A stretch of DNA of 64,000 bases, taken from positions 124,001 to 188,000 of the forward strand of contig RDEW01000022.1 of NCBI GenBank assembly GCA_011109175.1. Reading direction: 5' to 3'. Every line of letters begins with the position of its first letter. Within the stretch, counting starts at the first letter, position 1. The notes under the pieces are model-generated. The model made no database searches and had not been told where the DNA came from. It worked only from the letters and a program-made list of their open reading frames with translations. Origin of the DNA: Dicyema japonicum (lineage: Eukaryota; Animalia; Dicyemida). Positions 14,315 to 28,727 of this stretch are shown in pieces. The position numbers were made by a program, and so were the translations under genes.

Positions 14315-14590
14315 AACTACCAGCTAGATTAACTCACACTCTCTCAATTTCTCCTCTTCTAGTGTGAAATCTCCTAAATACATTCTTCCAAGGCATTTGA
14401 TCAGATCCACCTCTATCCCCACCGGTCACTGAACAGTCAATCTGAGGAATAACAAAAATATAATATGGAACAATGTAGGATTTGTATAGGGAAATATCTT
14501 ATATTCTTGCATCACCATTATTTTGTGGAGATTTAAAGGTTGCCACCTGATTACTAAAACTAAGTAGAAAAAATAATTGATTTATATAAC

Positions 14591-15166
14591 CAAAAAAATT
14601 AATTAACGAGTAAATTAACTAATTAAGCGGATTTTAATCCAGATTGCTGGTAATTCCTCTTCTTCTCTTAGAAGAGTGTGCCATAAACTCCCTGTTACTC
14701 TCTCATCAGATTCAGTCCAGTGGCTGTCCTCACGGCATTCCAGTTCCACAAGTTGGAGGTAGCGAGGCCTACTCTTCACCGTATACCTTCATCCCATGCT
14801 TATGTTCAATGAGCATACTTTAGAGCGTTCTCTTCACACAACCGATTGGATGTAAGTCCTCGTTGATTCTTCAATAGATAATTTATCCATATGATTCTTG
14901 AAGCATCTTGAGACAACTCCATCCCTCGTCAAAACTACTGGAATAATCTTCACTTGGCATTCATAGAGTAGCCAAAGTTCATTTGCAAGCAAGTCATATT
15001 TGTGAGGTTTCTCTACTTCAACTTGCTTTAGTCGGCCTTGTGAGGTTGCCAGCTTCGATTCGGGTTATCTCCTTCTTTATTAGTCGTAAACAAAAATATC
15101 AGGTTTATTGAATTGGACTTTTGTTTCTTTGATAATCTACGTGTCAACTCTGATTTCGACATGTCA
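14591..15166 (-). mobile_element. R4/Dong-like (RLE-type) non-LTR retrotransposon, 3' fragment
   Basis: The minus frame reads TSQGRLKQVEVEKPHKYDLLANELWLLYECQVKIIPVVLTRDGVVSRCFKNHM...YIQSVV, typical of R4-type RLE C-termini. It is flanked by 45-bp direct repeats. Confidence 0.6.
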
Positions 15167-16224
15167 ACCTGATTACGAAAACTAAGTAGAAAAAATAATT
15201 GATTTATATAAATAGAAAATCAAAATAATAAATAAATTAATTTAATAATCGTTTATTTTACATAAAATTCTTAATTATAAAAATTAAAATAAATTGATTT
15301 TGATGCAGCTTATCAATATCATGTCGAAAAGTACAAGATTGGTACGTTTGGGACTGAAATCGTTGAATCCTAATGGAAAATTATGAAACACACAAACAGG
15401 GTTATGGAAGAGTATCACTGTGAATGTAAGAAATACTATGGTTGGCCAAGTTACTATCAGTTATGAATAACGATTTGAATTAACAATATTTTTTATGTAT
15501 ATAAGACCATAACATCATTCCCTTGCGATAATACCACATGAAAGAGTCGATTTGATTGATTTGAAAATATTAGAATTTTATCACAAATTGCTTTTAATGT
15601 CATTGATGTTTATAGCAATTTTTAAAAATTAAGCTTAAAAATAAAACTTCTGAAAAACATGTGCTATGACCATGGAGCTTAAAAAAATTTTAGTTTGACA
15701 AAGGATGTTTGATCACCTCAAGGAAGACCTTCTTCTTAATAGACTAAGAAGATATTATAAAGTGATGTATGAGACGATCAGGTACATAAATGTCTACTCT
15801 CGAGTCACATTTGGCCTAATGGAGAGAATGTGTGTCTCATTTTGATTGGTCTATATCCCAGTTCAGTCGATTTGTGTCCTATTTGATCGTCAGATACTAT
15901 AAACTAAATTGAACTTGTTTGAGTGATTAAGTCGATTAAAAATGATCATCTAATATTTGACGGGAATTAAATTTTCCTTTCCATCCAAGTTCTTGACCAC
16001 TTGGTGTGCCTCCGTTGGGGTCGCCATACAGGCTTACAAGACAATATTAACAGAATCGGACACTGACACCAAAGACAGTTATATAAAAGCTCAAATCTGA
16101 TTGAAACTTGTTATGAAGAGTAAATGAATTAGTAGTCAATCGTATAAATCTCCACGGGGGATTGTGGAATGTGAGAAGTGAACTGAGCTGTTAGTAGTTT
16201 ATGTTTTTGTATTCTTAGTTATGA

Positions 16225-17075
16225 GAACAGGAATCACCGAGAAAGAAAGACAAAAGTAAAGTCAACTAGTTAGGTGATCCTAGTTCCCGCAACCAAACGT
16301 GCCATCTTAAGCCTATGCTCTCCATTGTTCCCACTGTCGGACGGAAATGCCTTCTTTGATCCTTGCAGAGGAAGCCAATTGGGGAAGGAAATTTCTTAGC
16401 CAACCGATTATCTTTTGCGTGGAAAAGTGAGAGGCTTAGTGGGTGTCCATCTTCCTCGCAAATGTAAAGAAATCCGGAACCACATGTACGAGTTGTAGAT
16501 TCCGTCAGCAGGGGAGGTATTTTTGTTCCACATTGTGGTCCCAGCATACGTATTGTTTTTGGCAGTAAGTTTATTTTTTGGATAGTACCTCTGATAACGC
16601 GAATCACCACGCAGCAGAGGCATATTACACAGCTGCGCGATTGTCTGACGGTACATGGTTCCGATTGCTTTAATCACATTCGCTGGGTTTTCTGGATGAG
16701 GGCCCGCGTGACATTCAAATTCTGTAGTCTTTGATGAAGAATTGTTTGACATGGTAGGTAAAATTAACGAGCAGCCTGTCGTATGTCACCCAGGATTGAG
16801 GGGTTTCTGTGACAGGTATCGAGTATTCCGATGAAGATTTTTGTTCTTCTTTGGACTGCCAATCGGAGGTGAATAGAGTGCATGATGATTTGGAGCCGAT
16901 ACCGAGAGACGGTTAGCTATCAACCAATCGTGAAAACAATCTTCTGATGTCGAACTGCTTCTTGTTGCAATGATGATATCTCAGCATAAGAAAGCAGTAG
17001 GAAGTCCTTGTCAATGTCTGCTGGCAGGTCGTGGAGGAAAAGGTTGAATAGAGTGGGGACATATGAGTTAACATA
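16225..17075 (-). mobile_element. 5'-truncated Ingi/Vingi-like LINE
   Basis: LFNLFLHDLPADIDKDFLLLSYA and GSGFLYICEEDGHPLSLSLFHAKDNRLAKKFP are homologous to 43.2-44.0 kb. It shares the 3' terminus GGATCACCTAACT...TTTGTCTTTCT. Confidence 0.8.
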
Positions 17076-17285
17076 ATAATTCGTTCATCGTGAATTTTAT
17101 CAATTATGTTAAGTATACATGAATCAGATTTTATAGTTACCATTGACGGGGTGACATATTTTTCATGTGGGATCCCATCCACTGCAGTAGAATAGAGAGT
17201 AATACTTTTGAGCGAAGAAAGGTTCTAGGCTTCTCTTGAGTTAGTAAATACCAAAAAAATTAGAAAATAATAGGGGTAGTTACAA

Positions 17286-19367
17286 ATGATGATGCTTGAC
17301 TATGAGCTTAAGCCACTCGTGTACGCTAGCAACTTCCATGGTGCGATTAATGTGCTTACTGTTGATAAAACCGGAACTTATTGTGGTATTGGAGGTCGCA
17401 AAGGTGTAAAAGATATTCATTTCAGTACTTCAGTTTACAAGGTAGACTCTTGTTCAGGCAGTGTCTGTCTAATGCATAAAGTGTTACGACCTTTCACGGA
17501 AGGGGGGTCATTAAGAATATCACTGACATTAGTTGGAACACCAGAATGGTTGTTACAAGTTTACCACTTTAGTCAACGTATTGGCTTCGACGATTAAGGA
17601 AATGTGTTTTACTGGGACATTAACAGGACAGAAACCCGGTTACCTTGTACAGATTTTTTGGTTTATAACGACTAGTGGACAAAAAGACAAATAAGGATGG
17701 ACTAGTCACGCACATAACGTTTGATCCACTCAGCAAACACAATCTATTGATGGCATACCAAAAAGGAGCGGTTAAAATAATGGTTGAAGTATTTGTGACA
17801 TAAAAACAAACGAAACTAGAGATTTTTCCAAGCAGAGCCATCAATCTCTGATGTTAGATTCTCCAAACATTCGAGGTCATCCTTAATTGCCACTGCTCTA
17901 ATTGATGGATCAATCAAAATATGGGATTTAAGGAATTTTAAAAGACACGTGTGTGATTTTCATGCTCACACTGGCAGAATTAATAGCATAGATTGGCATC
18001 CTGACCACAATGTGATTGTTTCGGCAGGAAAGGGACAAAATAACATTTTTTGGACTTATCTCTTATTTTTAAGATTTGGGACCTTGACCACAGCGCCGAA
18101 AAAGTTAACAAGATCAATTCTGGGTCTGGGAATATTATTAAAGTAAAATGGAGACCTGGTTACAGGTAAGACCGTTTTTTTAATCATTGGACTCAGTTCA
18201 CTTTCCTATCTGGGACCTAATGAACCCATATTCTCCATATGCAGTGATTCATTCTGATATGGAAACCGAATTAAGTATGTTGTGGTAACAGCTTTCAGTG
18301 GACATTGCTTGGAGGGGTCGGTCTGGGGAAGAGTTATTCTCTGGTGGAATCAGTAACATGTTGATCAGATTTGTTCTACAAAAGCTCAAAGAATTTCACC
18401 ACCACAATATCGTATGATTTGCATAGACATTGGAATTGATGAAATAATGACTTGTACCAGCTACAGTCTTGAAACGACAACAGATCGAAAAAAACCTGAC
18501 AAGAAGAAACTTTCTCAGGGTAGGTCTAATGTTGAGACTAAGCTTATACTGACTGAGGTACCCGTGTATGATTGATCATAGTTGAAGTCCAATTATTGGT
18601 TTGTCAAAGTCAGCTGAACAACTAAAGTTCTACGGAAGTGACCCTTCTTATTTATGTCAACAACTACTCGCAACCTCAGAAAGGCATTCATTGTAAATAG
18701 ACTTAGATTACACAAATGAAGACTATTAATGAAACAGAGCCAGTGTACACCTACAGCATTCTGAATGTGGAGGATCAGCTTGCGGGTTCTTTTCGCCTTA
18801 TTTTTAGTCATTCACAACAATCTTCAGACTGATTCGAGGTTTGAGGCTCGTAGGGTATTATTGAATCCACAGTCGACACGATTGAAGTCTATGTGGAAAA
18901 GGTACTTCCCTGAATTATTCAAGGGGGACATTTAAATGGCATCCACAATGATTCTCACATTGGGGATGGACTGGTTTGGTGATTTTCTGAATGAGAAGAT
19001 GGTCCACAATTTGCTTATCATGAGATTTGTGATGAAATTCGAACTCTTTGTGGTCTCATCAAAGATCACCAAGTTCGGGGGATTCCCTGAGATTGGGGAA
19101 GAAACTCAGAATAACACAGCTTTTCGATTGAAGTGCATGAATTAGCCAGGCTGTGATGTCATGCTGCAAAATTCAACAAAATGCAACAAATGTCTTGATT
19201 ATTTGGTCATTTGCAGTTTATGGTGGCTTTTGTGTTTATTATATAATAATCCGGTTACTGGGTTGTCCACGTGGTGTCAAATATGTAAACACGGAGGACA
19301 TCTGGATCACATTACACAGTGGTTTGAAACTAACACGTACTGTCCTTCTGGATGTGGGCATGATTGA
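17286..19367 (+). pseudogene. WDR24: GATOR2 subunit WDR24-like gene with short introns, multiple frameshifts and an internal deletion
   Basis: WD40 pieces ITDISWN, GNVFYWDIN, VTHITFDPLSKHNLL, ISDVRFSKH...DGSIKIWDLR...FHAHTGRINSIDWHPD, VKWRPG, IWDLMNPYSPYA and DIAWRG appear in WDR24 order. The C-terminal RING reads GLSTWCQICKHGGHLDHITQWF...CPSGCGH. Several frame breaks cannot be fixed by GT-AG introns. Confidence 0.85.
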
Positions 19368-20829
19368 ACAAATTATTTATTTTCACGACAATTTCAGTAT
19401 TTTATTATTATTATCCACAGTTCTACCATATATGGCAATCGGTGATTCATTAGTTATATTAATTAAAAAAAACGTGTTTTTCTTTTGTGGTTGATTGTAT
19501 GTATTTTTTTATTACGGAAACAAATCCTGTTGGCCTTCCTACTGATTTGATGTAAGAAAATACACGATCCGAAGTAGGAAATTTGGCTTCAGGGCTGCAT
19601 GAACCACCTGGAGTTAGTGGTGGACCACAACGGCCTGTACCTGACCACCTACTACCTCTGAACAGTTATCGCTCTTGCTTGTCACAATGACAAGTGTCAG
19701 TGACGAGTGAAGTTATTGGCTGCTACAAAACAAGATTCGAGTGGATTCCTCGTGGTGGATGGCAATTGACTGCCGACACTTTTAATGTGAGGTTTTCGTC
19801 GAGAAAGATCATTTCAAATGTCAAGAAATTGCTTAAGGGAGGGATCCTAAAACAGTAGTGTTGAAGTTGGGAAGTTCCCCACAAAGGAAATTGTTCCTGA
19901 TGCCTTCACAAAAATTTCTGTATGTGGAAAGTGTGTGGAGTTGAAGATTCAAATCAGAATTGTTCGGATGATAGCACGGGACGCGAGGGCTCCGGCCCGG
20001 AAAATCCCTTTCAGGCTAGTCAGAACCGATTTGCTTACTCATTAAATGCATCCATTGCAAATTATATAGATTCCCAACGACCCAGGGATCTAACGGAGTA
20101 ACAGACATTATATACGTAGGAAATATGACGTTCTACGTGGAAGTTACAAACATCAAGTAAATGGAAGGAGAATACTTAAAAGAAAATATCCGCACTTAAA
20201 GAAAATATGTGTCTTTTGATGATTTTGAAGACTAAAAAGTAAGGAGGATAAAGAAAGAATGATGAATATACTTGCATCTTATGGATATAAGAAAACACGA
20301 AAGGGAGAATTTGCCATAGTAGTTGCAGCCATTACAGACAAAATTAGAGTACAGGACAAAGACTCACAGTTCATGAGTCAGGATGGCATTCAGGAATTAT
20401 GTGTTCGAATTAAACAAAAGGTGATTCTATAGATGCTCAGCATACTATTTGTCAATTGGGAAAAGATGAGTGTTTATTTTTTGGGAAACCGTGTGGGAGA
20501 AAGCTAAACTAGAGATCTTTCAACGTTGTCGAAAAATGTATAACTGGAGTGGAAGAGTCTCCAGTGGATATAACACGTGACTTTATCAAGAACATAATTG
20601 AATGTTCACCGAATTGGAAATCATTTGGTTGCGATGGTGTCTATTGTTTTTTTTCACAAGAAATTAGAGGCCTTTCACAATATTTTGTGTGATGAGCTAT
20701 TGAAAATTGTTAGTGGGGAATATTCACCGGACATGTAGTTTAACAAGATTTTTGATTTTAAGTGCGTGTTTTTATTAATAGTATAGATATGTAAATATTA
20801 TATAACGTTATAGCCACCGAGTTATCGGT

Positions 20830-20970
20830 CAACCAGGTCTTCTCTTCCCAGTAATATTGCTCAGCATAATGGTTCTTTCTAGAAAGTCAGAGCGGAACAT
20901 GCCAAAAGAACGCCAATCTGTGTTCTACAATTCTTCCTTCTTGCGAAATGTTTGTCTCGTTTAACCATAT
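20830..20970 (-). mobile_element. Small RTE-1/BovB-type 3' fragment
   Basis: Near-identical at the DNA level to 49735-49870. Confidence 0.7.
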
Positions 20971-21749
20971 GGAATGTAAATAACCTTCTTATGTAGAGAT
21001 TAACATCATTGTATTTAGAAACTGGTTATGTATTAATCAAAAATTCTCCTTTATAAGGAACCACCTATAGATTCTTAGTCACAATTCCTTGATAATTATT
21101 AAACGATCCACTGTCATTGGCTTCCATCAAACAAAGGAATATCATGTCTACGAAAAAATCCCCATAATGGCCTATTTAAATAGACCTATTGCTTGGAAAA
21201 GAAAAACACTTATTAATCCGACGGTAAAAATGGATATAACTTAATAAGAAGCAAAGTCAATCTCTTTCCGATATATCCGGGCTTATTAAATAAATTAGTT
21301 GTACATCACTTCAAAATAATAAGAAACATTGTGTCGTGCCAGGAGGAATCGTTACCTCACGGGTGACCTGTTTAACGTGAATTGACCTTTGCTGAAAAGT
21401 CTATCTTTCTGATTGGAACATACGACAGTCATATCCTACGTCATTAGATAGCACGTTTATCCGTGTTATTAAATAAAATAACTACATAAATTAATATCCG
21501 TGTTAATAAATAAAATAACTACATAAACCTCCAAATAAAAGAAGCATAAGGACGAATCACATATTTATTAAATTTCAAATTAAGTGACGTTATTTTAAAT
21601 CAGTTCATTCCATCTAATGATTTTACTTAATAAGCAGCCAAATATTTGGTTCTGCTTTGCTCGCTTGGTAAAATATAATGAAGCTTTCATTTCCTCTACG
21701 GATTCCCACTTTCGCATTCCAGTCCCCGGCAATAAACAATAAGTACACG

Positions 21750-21880
21750 TTATTGGTCCAATAGGTTCGGTATTCTATAGTTTAAAACTGCAATTATTTG
21801 CTTGAAAATATTATAAATTAGACTCTCAATTGTAACAATAAAAAATTTTCAAAGTCAAATCTTTCACTTAAACTACCAGT
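21750..21880 (-). pseudogene. Internally deleted fragment of a LAMP-like family gene (also copied at ~33370-33420)
   Basis: ANNCSFKL*NTEPIGPIT and DFENF...YCYN match member A (8.7-8.9 kb). It is followed by a LINE APE scrap (AGDWNAKVG). Confidence 0.45.
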
Positions 21881-22072
21881 ATTTTATGTTTCATTTCAAT
21901 TGCTATGAGATTGATAAATTTTTATTATATTAGAATTAAACTAAAAATTATTTGTTAATAAATATAAATTGTATCATCTTATTATATATATTCCATAACT
22001 GTGGTGTAAATCGACAATAATTATGGACAATATTGCTAAAGGTTTCCAAAATTAAGCAATTCAATAGGGATT

Positions 22073-23074
22073 ATGTTTTATTGTATTTTGATCGGCATTG
22101 CAAAGAATCTCATTGAAGTAATCAAATTACCAAATACACGGGTAACGACGTGGAGCATTAATAATATGGAGTATTCCATATTATTAAGCGGAAATATTAA
22201 TATAGATAATCAAAATGTACAAAAATATGATAATTTTAGGATAAAATTACGAATTTTGATAATTCAGATATTTCATTGAATATCTACCAATTAAATCAAA
22301 ACACTGACCGTATATCCATCATAATGGCAGTTAATAGGTTAAAAATTTACATTCGAATTACAAAAAGTAATAAGAATTATGAATTAGACAAAATGGATAT
22401 TCAAATTGATAGTACTTTGTAAAAATATGTTTAGGTAATGTGTATGCTAAATTGATTACTGATTATTTCAATAATGTATATCATTGCGGTGAACTTCAAA
22501 TTCAATTCGGTGAAGGTAGTATTCTTATAATGAACGAATTAACAATCCAAATATCCAACACAACGAAAATTAAAAATTTTTCTGGAAATGGTTATTTTTA
22601 TAATGAATTTTAGTTACTGAATGCAGATTTACTCAGCCTACTACAAGTAAACACTAATTAGTAATTTATGTCGTCTATTTAGTTATTTTTATTGCAATAT
22701 ATTTTATGCTATTATTTTAGTCGCTTCCACTACCACAACACCAATGGAGGCTACGACTCAAGGTACAATTTTTGTATTATGTGATCATCTAATATTTTTT
22801 GGATATATTTTTTATTTGATTATTTTAGTTCATTCGACTACCACAATACCAACAGAGTCTACGACCCAAGAAGCAATTTTTGTATTAATGGACCCAAATT
22901 TTTTTACACAAATATTTTATGTGACAATTCTATTTAAAACAACTACCACACCACTAACCGTGATTACGACTGAGGGTACAATTTTTATATTAATCAACCC
23001 ATACTATTTTGCACAAATATTTTATTTTCTAGTTAAAACAACAACCACAACACCAACGGAGACTACGATTGAGG
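22073..23074 (+). CDS. LAMP-like domain followed by Thr-rich 42-nt repeat exons (family member C); 3' end cut by a CRE fragment
   Basis: Introns 22217-22239, 22412-22434 and 22591-22613 (all 23 nt, GT-AG) and 22647-22720 give an open frame ending ...NNVYHCGELQIQFGEGSILIMNELTIQISNTTKIKNFSGN|VTECRFTQPTT|IASTTTTPMEATTQ.... No transmembrane exon or stop is found downstream. Confidence 0.7.
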
Positions 23075-23124
23075 GTACAATATTAATAATTATTAAAAAA
23101 TTAGACATTCTCACCTTTTTCTAA

Positions 23125-23330
23125 GGGAAATTGTCTGATTTGGGATGGGACGTGCAGAGACACCATTTCCACACGTCGCTGATAGATGCCAGACTAAGGC
23201 TGGTCATCATCACATGCTTCTTTTCATAGGTATCGCAATTTGCTACTCCCTTCATCGATGCTAGTCAAGTGATCTACCTTTACAGTGGTATTCTTAGTGT
23301 CCATTGGTCATGTCTTGAAAAAAACACATC
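23125..23330 (+). mobile_element. CRE-clade RLE fragment
   Basis: GNCLIWDGTCRDTIS matches GRNLIWDATCVDTYS of the 38.7-40.5 kb element. Confidence 0.55.
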
Positions 23331-26300
23331 TACAAAAATATGTGTGAATTCAATAACGCACACTAATTCGTGCTGTAGGATACACGTGCGTTATTTGTTT
23401 ATANATAAATAAATATCAGTGTGTATGAGCCTAAAATAAGCACTCTTTAGGATTGTCTTAAGAAACAAATTATTATGATTTCGATTCATTTGTTTTACCT
23501 TCTCTGAAATAAGCACATCCAAATTTGTTTAACCGTTAATGATTAGCATAGTTGACCAGACATTAGATCTACCATAGATAAGGCAATAAAATTTTGTGTT
23601 CTGAAAATTTCTTGACGTGTATAATGCAAGTTAACATTTTATGTGTTCTTAACCTCAAATGCTAATTTCCAATTTCACTATATCTTGTATTTGAGCTAAT
23701 CTCGCTTGCAATCCAGAGAATAGCCACAAAGTTAGGATGGAGTCAGTATGACCCTCAAATTGATTGTTACTTTAGTCCTTCAAAGCTTTAATACAAGTTC
23801 TTAGACAGACATGGAATGGGAAAACTCCTTATGTGGTAAAAATCTTTCTAATTTAAAGAGAAACTGTATATTTTTTAACTTAGAGTTTTCAAATTTTCGT
23901 GTGGTCTCTTCACTTTTCGACACATACGACATTTTATTAAAAATGTATTACAAAAAACTATTTTTATTAAATATACAATCTAACGTGGACCTACAATAAA
24001 AACCTACCAATATAAACGTACTTTTTAATTAAATTTTACAAATTATTTTTAAATTTTAAATAACTACAATTTCTTTTTTGTTTATGACAATATTAATTTT
24101 TGCAATTAATTTTAGTTTTAATAATAATTATTTTGGAATAAACTGAGCTCACCTAAGATTTTCAAAAAACATGCTCATCTGTAACGTAACGAGTATTTTT
24201 TCGATCAGCTAAGACCTTGTTTAACTTTCTTTTCATAGATCTACAGTAAAGCAAGAGCGTCACCAAGATCCATTTGTTCTCCCTAACATGAATCAATAAA
24301 AATTACTGATGGTGGTTTCTCAGAATTTCTTCCTCACATAATTTCTACAAGTAGCCTCATCGTCTCCACAGTCCTTTCTTTCCCAAATGTACGTGAATGC
24401 CGACCATTCGTCTTCTATGTTCTCAATGTACCAGTCATCTGGGAATCGACATCCATTCTGTCCAATAATTTCTGTCCAGCTTCAATAACCATGAATATAA
24501 CTTAATAGACTCATTCATTTAATCAGTCCGTCGTTTCAATGTCTGAATACTCGTTATTGTGAAGACAAATTCAGATTATCAGATCCAGTAGAATACTAGC
24601 TTACAAGAACAATCGAGACTAGAATTGGAAGGAAATCACTGAAGACAGTTTGAGCATGGAGAACTCATCGATGTCCCAGAGATATACCCAAATTGGTCCA
24701 AACAGTTTTTTAGTGCTTTTTATTGAACTTTGGTGTAGTCCACCAATACAAGTCCAAAAAGTAACGGTTGTTTCAACAGTATTCACCTTTGTTCGGTTCT
24801 TTCTAAGTATTCGATTAGGCCAAGTACAGATTTAAGAAATTAATCACACTTATCCACATCTGAATATTAGTCTCACACTTGGATGAAATCGAAATTCGAG
24901 TAAGATTCCACTCTGATATTTGAAACACTTCTGGAAATAATTAGCTAAAAAACCTAAGTGAACTCACTGGTTGTACTAATCAGGTCTTGCGTATCTTCCT
25001 AACATTTCATTACTACAGATGACGGAAGAGGTGAAAGCAAGTTACGATAAACAGACGGGTCTTCAGATTCCCTATTTTCCAGTGGCTTCATTAGCCGGTT
25101 CTTGTGCTATCGTTGATTTCTGACAATAAACACATTGCTGTCTCACAGCGACCGGCTAATTTTTTTAAATCTTAAAAGCAAACTCATTTAAACCTCAGAA
25201 TCGACTTTCTCAATATAGAAAGACACGTGGTAAATCTTTTTAGGTCAAGTTTATATTCCCTGAATCTTTTCGAGAATTCTGTCGAATGAATTGATAAAAG
25301 TCACAAGAATTTAAATTTTAACTTCATTTTACATCATAAACAACAGATATTAGTTCGTGACTCTAGAATGTTCAAATTGATGACTTACTCGTTCCATTAA
25401 AATAAAATAAACTCGAAAGAGTTAAATTGAGGCTGGACAGACTTATAACCATTTGCTGAGTAATTTCTTAGTACTTTCAGTGTACTAGTCAAGTTAGTTG
25501 ATGAAGAAAGACGTTACATAAAGACCATGTGCTCAAATTATTAATTAAATAAAATTTTAAATATGATTATTTTTTATAATTTAATTAATTTTTTTTATTT
25601 TAACCTAAAATGATTAAAACGTCTCTGACTTATGGAAGATCGGAAATCATCCTATTTTGAAATATACAACAATACATCGAGCCATGCAATTCTTATGTCT
25701 GTAGCATTTAGGGCTCATTCATTTCTTGGACAAGTGTTTTGTTGTGGAAAATTCAGTTTCCAATGCCTCTGGAATCCCTAATACGTTAGAACCGAGGAAC
25801 ATGTCGTTGTGACTACGAAGATCCATTTATTCGGCCAATACGTGCTTGTGTGGTGTGAGGAAGGAGCATTGGACAGTTGAGTTCACAAACAATTAAAAAG
25901 TTTGAGTCAATGTCCGAAGGCAACTCCAGCTTATGCTTTTCCCGATCTTCCACTGCCAAGAAAATAAGGACTCATGCATCAAGAGAAGACATATTCCACA
26001 ATAATATATGATTTTGACCATCAACACATGTCAAACAGATTATTGCCCGAAGGTGAAACACCTCTACGACATAGAGTAACTCTTGGAATTTAGTAGACCC
26101 TTTTAACGGTTAATATTAAGCGTTGACCATTAATAAATGAGAGAGTAGTACAAGTCCATAAAAGGTAATATTTATATTAGTTAAAAGCACTCAGATGTTT
26201 CTAATAAGCACACGAATAATAAGGTAATAGTTTGTTGTACTCCCAACCATCATTTCTACAAGTTACATTCGTCTAACTTTCCTTTTTGCGGAAATTTGTA

Positions 26301-27998
26301 ATTGAAGACAGAGTAAAGTAGATTAACTGAGGGTACGATTGACAAAGAAATTACTAGAAAAGTGTTAACCTCTTATCAAAATCGTTACGACCATTAATAT
26401 GCATTAAATATCAACGTTGACTAAACTAACGTTAAGGTTTGACTGGCCAATAACTAATATCAAATTATTCACTTAAAAACTGAATCAGACTTTTATAGAA
26501 ACATGCTCCAGCTGCTAGGGGACGGTGGACATTCTCGCAAAAGTAGCCATTCCAAAGGCTGTCTAAATCACCGTCGTTACGCGAGTCTCATTTTGCCCGT
26601 CAATCGTGTTTTAACTTTTTTAATGATTGCCTTTGCCAATGTCCCAACCATTGAAGAGACTCGACTGTGAAGTTCCTCAATTGAATTCGAATATCGAATA
26701 TAAATTTAATTTTATTGATTTTGTAATAATCATGCCCATTTAATATGTTTTTGCGATAATTGCTGGATATGAATAAACTATCGATGGTACCATTAATATT
26801 CACAATAGAAAGAGAAGAGAAGGAATGACCAAAATTTCGATTCCCCACAAAAGAAGATTTTCAAAAAACTAAAAAAAATATTAATTGTGGAAACCAAGGT
26901 CATCGTAATTCTTGGACATTACGCAAAACTATATAACAAATATTTTATGGATGACTCCAAAGAAGATATAGTTTGATTAATAAATTCAAATATTGACAAT
27001 GAATAAAACCTGTCTACTAATTTTATAATCTGTTAACAGCGTACTCCACCATTCATTGTCTTCTAGGCTATTAATGAGCATGTTTCTCATTGGAATAGCT
27101 AACAGATATTGATAAACGACTAAAACTGAAATTTTTTAATACAAAAATCCTTTATAAAAATTAACGAGATTATCATTCATAACATTCAAGATTAAATAAC
27201 TAGGTGTTAAGTCTATTGTTTCTCCTACATATCTAAGTTCTCCAAATTGGGTCAGTGGGTGTCGAACCCATCTTCAAAGTCCTGAATTTCTGATGTCTCC
27301 TGAGACCATTAAGACGAGGAAGGAGAGGTTGAGCAAACAAGGCTATCTCCATCTTGATGAGATGAAAACATTAAGCAAACAAGGCCTATGTCCAGATACG
27401 TGACGAGCTCAGTTTTTAGACCAAATGACGACTAGACTAACTGATCAAGATGAAGATGATGAAATTACTATATTTTTATGAATAGAATTCCAACGAGACA
27501 TTCGGAATAGTCATGAGGACTTGTGAGTGAGAGGTGGAAGAGGAAAAGATTCATTTGCCTGAAATTTCGTCGTTTGAATGTTATATAACCTCATACTCGG
27601 ACGAAATTGTGGAGATTTTCTTATCAAATGTTTAAACAATCTTAATAGTTTGTTCAACTGAATTTGTCGGGAAGTCAGCCAATCTGTGTCCACGATGTTA
27701 TCCACTCGGAAAGACGATAAATGATTATCTTTTGAGTCAACTCGAGGGCTGGTTTCCAGTTTATAGCAAAAGGTCCCTTTGGGACATTAGAAGATCAAAG
27801 AGGTCCTCCTCTTAAAGAAGAATGGGGATGGATGTGGAGTCTGAATGCATATTCCTCATGATCTTCTGTCCTAGAGAGTTTATACATTCGACCCTCGTAG
27901 AATGAATACCGATCTCTGTCTAATAAATCATTCAATTAATTTCAAAAATTTAGAAATCTGTAAGAAATTAACAAAAACTAATGATGATCATATGAAAT

Positions 27999-28698
27999 TT
28001 ATAAAATACTTCCTCTCTTGAGCGAATATCTGAGCTACTAACAGAGGGAAAACGAGAGAACTCAGCACACACCTAACCTCTAACATCACCATACTCAACC
28101 TTGAATAGCGAACTTGTGATTTAAGCTTCAGCCAAGAAACAGCCTCGTCAGGAGAAGCATGAGAATCAATGGAATTCTATTCCGGTGTTAATAAACAGCA
28201 AAATCAGCTTTGTTCTTCTATATCTTCACCAAAAAAACACGCCATCAAATTTGCATTACAAACGAGATGTTTGCTCGTTCATCCCCCTAGAATAATCATC
28301 GCAGTATTGATAGCCTTCATGGAAAGCAAGTTAATCTTTCGAACGTCTTTAATAATGTCAAGTTTGAGTCCAGGACGGCCAAAAGAGTGGACAAACAACA
28401 TATTTCCAATATAACCGTCAGTCAAAGCGGACAAATAACCGGGAAATCGTTCTACAATATATGTAAGTCAAATCCCCTTGTTAGTCCAATAAAATATGGA
28501 ACTTTCGTTATTAATCTCCTTTCTTAGTCGCTGACGTAACATGAAAAGAGTCCATTTGTATTCTGAGGGGTTATTACATATGTTTACATATTTCTGATGT
28601 TCCAGTAAGGTTTGGTTAATCATAGGCATAATCCAAGTATTGAATGTACAATAATTGTTATTCGGAATCAAAATGTAACCTTTTACGTGCGAAAACAC
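27999..28698 (-). pseudogene. DHPS: Deoxyhypusine synthase C-terminal half, disrupted (copy 2)
   Basis: ORF 28468-28698 (GYILIPNNNYCTFNTWIMPMINQTLLEHQ...KWT...RLRKEINNESSIFYW) and downstream sequence parallel copy 1. Confidence 0.85.
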
Positions 28699-28727
28699 AA
28701 CTACTAGCTAGATTAACTCAATTAATT

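Noticed and set aside
19560-20740. Protein-like degenerate frames duplicated at 29660-30255
   Set aside because: Probably a decayed gene, but I recognise no motif, so no feature is called.
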